DNA of 63,890 bases, filler included, from Octopus bimaculoides (taxonomy: Eukaryota): the NCBI RefSeq assembly GCF_001194135.2. It is 6 parts of 6 records of this genome, joined end to end, with 100 filler letters (N's around TTAATTAATTAA, not from the genome) between each part and the next. Parts side by side here need not be neighbours in the genome. Positions count along the whole stretch, not along the records: positions 43,670 to 61,407 come from NW_026371378.1; positions 61,508 to 63,890 come from NW_026377350.1; 4 more parts are not named here. One strand, written 5' to 3'. The translations under genes and the position numbers were made by a program. Below, piece by piece: positions 61,298 through 63,890 of this stretch. The notes below the pieces were generated by a model that worked only from the letters and a program-made list of their open reading frames with translations, had not been told where the DNA came from and searched no databases. How positions within the stretch are numbered: position 1 is the first letter of the stretch; each line of letters starts with the position of its first letter.

Positions 61298-61407
61298 GCA
61301 AGCTTTGGAAGCAAGCTTTGGAAGCAAGCTTTGGAAGCAAGCTTTGGAAGCAAGCTTTGGAAGCAAGCTTTGGAAGCAAGCTTTGGAAGCAAGCTTTGGA
61401 AGCAAGC
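61298..61407. repeat. 13-bp tandem repeat (GCAAGCTTTGGAA)n, ~8.5 copies, truncated by a gap
   Basis: Perfect units, each containing AAGCTT. Confidence 0.95.
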
Positions 61408-61694
61408 NNNNNNNNNNNNNNNNNNNNNNNNNNNNNNNNNNNNNNNNNNNNTTAATTAATTAANNNNNNNNNNNNNNNNNNNNNNNNNNNNNNNNNNNNN
61501 NNNNNNNAAACATTACGATATATAAACGTACATTATGATATAACATATAATGGGTAAGTATATACTGTATGATAAAGTTATAAATTTACATGTATTATAT
61601 TAAAAACGTGTACATTAGGACAGGATATGTATATATACCATATCAAAGAGAGGAAGAAAAGAAAAAAAAAGAAGAAAAAACGTATAATATATAT

Positions 61695-61779
61695 ACATCT
61701 ACGGACCGTTTCTGAGATGTGTCTATTAATATGGTGTTGTACTCATATTAGAGATTAGACACTCCCTTCATCAGGATGT
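61695..61779 (-). ncRNA. Type I hammerhead ribozyme with an extended stem II
   Basis: ACAUC-CUGAUGA-[GGGA/UCUC, GUGUCUA/UAGACAC, UAAUAUG/CAUAUUA]-GAAA-CGGUCCG-UA^GAUGU; perfect 5-bp stem I. Confidence 0.85.
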
Positions 61780-62249
61780 TTGTTGTACATAAAGAGGAAG
61801 GAATAAAAATATAGAAAACATAAAGAGCTTAGAGTGATATAATACAATATACAAGTAAAACAACTGGACACAACACCTTACATCACGGCTCTTTTTTCTC
61901 AATTGTGGAATTACGTATATATATATATATAAAAAAAAACATGTGACTGAAAACTATAAATTTATTTATTGATTCTTAAGGAATTGAACACACACACACA
62001 CACACACGCACATATTATATCTTGCGTTGGACATATGGTATTATTCCTGTGGTTTTCCACCCTTATGTATCTATTTTTACTATAAGATGAATTCTAGCTC
62101 ATGCTGAGCACTTCAACTCTAGCCCGTCTTTGTGTATTGTTATATGAACAATACATAATTATACAAAAATTACAGTTTATATGTATACATATACATATAA
62201 CATATATATACACACACATATGTATATATACATATATATGTATATATAT

Positions 62250-62290
<41 letters not shown>

Positions 62291-63297
62291 NNNNNNNNNN
62301 NNNNNNNNNNNNNNNNNNNNNNNNNNNNNNNNNNNNNNNNNNNNNNNNNNNNNNNNNNNNNNNNNNNNNNNNNNNNNNNNNNNNNNNNNNNNNNNNNNNN
62401 NNNNNNNNNNNNNNNNNNNNNNNNNNNNNNNNNNNNNNNNNNNNNNNNNNNNNNNNNNNNNNNNNNNNNNNNNNNNNNNNNNNNNNNNNNNNNNNNNNNN
62501 NNNNNNNNNNNNNNNNNNNNNNNNNNNNNNNNNNNNNNNNNNNNNNNNNNNNNNNNNNNNNNNNNNNNNNNNNNNNNNNNNNNNNNNNNNNNNNNNNNNN
62601 NNNNNNNNNNNNNNNNNNNNNNNNNNNNNNNNNNNNNNNNNNNNNNNNNNNNNNNNNNNNNNNNNNNNNNNNNNNNNNNNNNNNNNNNNNNNNNNNNNNN
62701 NNNNNNNNNNNNNNNNNNNNNNNNNNNNNNNNNNNNNNNNNNNNNNNNNNNNNNNNNNNNNNNNNNNNNNNNNNNNNNNNNNNNNNNNNNNNNNNNNNNN
62801 NNNNNNNNNNNNNNNNNNNNNNNNNNNNNNNNNNNNNNNNNNNNNNNNNNNNNNNNNNNNNNNNNNNNNNNNNNNNNNNNNNNNNNNNNNNNNNNNNNNN
62901 NNNNNNNNNNNNNNNNNNNNNNNNNNNNNNNNNNNNNNNNNNNNNNNNNNNNNNNNNNNNNNNNNNNNNNNNNNNNNNNNNNNNNNNNNNNNNNNNNNNN
63001 NNNNNNNNNNNNNNNNNNNNNNNNNNNNNNNNNNNNNNNNNNNNNNNNNNNNNNNNNNNNNNNNNNNNNNNNNNNNNNNNNNNNNNNNNNNNNNNNNNNN
63101 NNNNNNNNNNNNNNNNNNNNNNNNNNNNNNNNNNNNNNNNNNNNNNNNNNNNNNNNNNNNNNNNNNNNNNNNNNNNNNNNNNNNNNNNNNNNNNNNNNNN
63201 NNNNNNNNNNNNNNNNNNNNNNNNNNNNNNNNNNNNNNNNNNNNNNNNNNNNNNNNNNNNNNNNNNNNNATATAAATATATATATATATAGGAGAAT

Positions 63298-63890
63298 GCA
63301 AAGGAGAATCAAAAAGTATACGCACTCTTGTTTTTTCAATGTATTTACACAAAATCAGGGGATAAGCAAGTACGTCATTTTTCTATATAGTCTCCTTCTT
63401 TTTCGATGCACTTGGTCCAGCGGTCCAAAAGTTTGCGTATTCCCTCCAAGAAGAAGGTTTTTGGTTGGTCGTGAAACCATTTATACACCGCTTCCTTCAC
63501 ATCTTCATCTGTAGGAAATCGACGACCTCGTAAACTATTTTTTTAGTGATCCAAAGATATGATAGTCAGAAGGGGAGTGATCTGGGCTGAAGGCAAGGTG
63601 TTCCAGCACCTCAAAACCCAATTGGTTAATGGTTTCAACGGTTCGGCCAGCCGTGTGTGAACGTGCATTTTCATGCAGCAAAAAAATTTTCTTCGACAAT
63701 AGGCTTTGGTGTTTGGTGCGAATTGCTAGCTTCAGCTTGTTGGCCAGCAAAGCTCTGTATCTTGCACTGTTGATCGTACACCCCTTTTCCAGAGAAATCG
63801 GATCACTGATCTTTGTTCTCTTTTTTGGTGCACATTGCTAGTAGAGCAACCATGCTTGTACTGTAAATCTATAAATAAAATGGCGCGATC
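63298..63890 (-). mobile_element. Internally deleted mariner running off the window edge
   Basis: QRSVIRFLW joined to EKGCTINSARY; LLHENARSHTA, LEHLAFSPDHSPSDYHIFGSLKK, DRWTKC; TIR-like GGAGAATCAAAAAGTATACGCAC at ~63303. Confidence 0.85.

Noticed and set aside
37082-63352. Dozens of long ORFs (300-500 aa) in the ORF track
   Set aside because: Composed of X from N gaps and YI/CV/HT/MYVC dipeptide runs from microsatellites.

Overview
This is AT-rich, repeat-dominated eukaryotic DNA with many N gaps. It is very probably octopus or another cephalopod, inferred from the (AT)n/(AC)n/(ATT)n/(ATAC)n density and the SINE set. I find no intact host protein-coding gene; almost all ORFs in the track are microsatellite or N-gap artefacts. 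Identifiable content: (1) R4/Dong-type RLE non-LTR retrotransposons, one near full length at 85-4200 (-) plus two 3' fragments; (2) CR1-type and RTE LINE fragments; (3) at least five tRNA-derived SINE families in about 25 copies; (4) five mariner derivatives, a Tc1 N-terminal fragment and a Helitron 3' remnant; (5) three short minisatellites beside scaffold gaps. The most interesting signal is a set of Penelope-like (PLE) elements carrying type I hammerhead ribozymes. Four hammerheads have intact cores (22542, 41769, 56636, 61695) and one is decayed (4901). All have a GUA cleavage triplet and lie beside (TA)n tracts, and four of the five sit in inverted, fold-back structures. One belongs to a GIY-YIG endonuclease element with no recognisable reverse transcriptase. 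A CR1-type LINE 3' end here matches the tail of one SINE family, suggesting its mobilising partner. All family assignments come from motif recognition by eye; no database searches were run.
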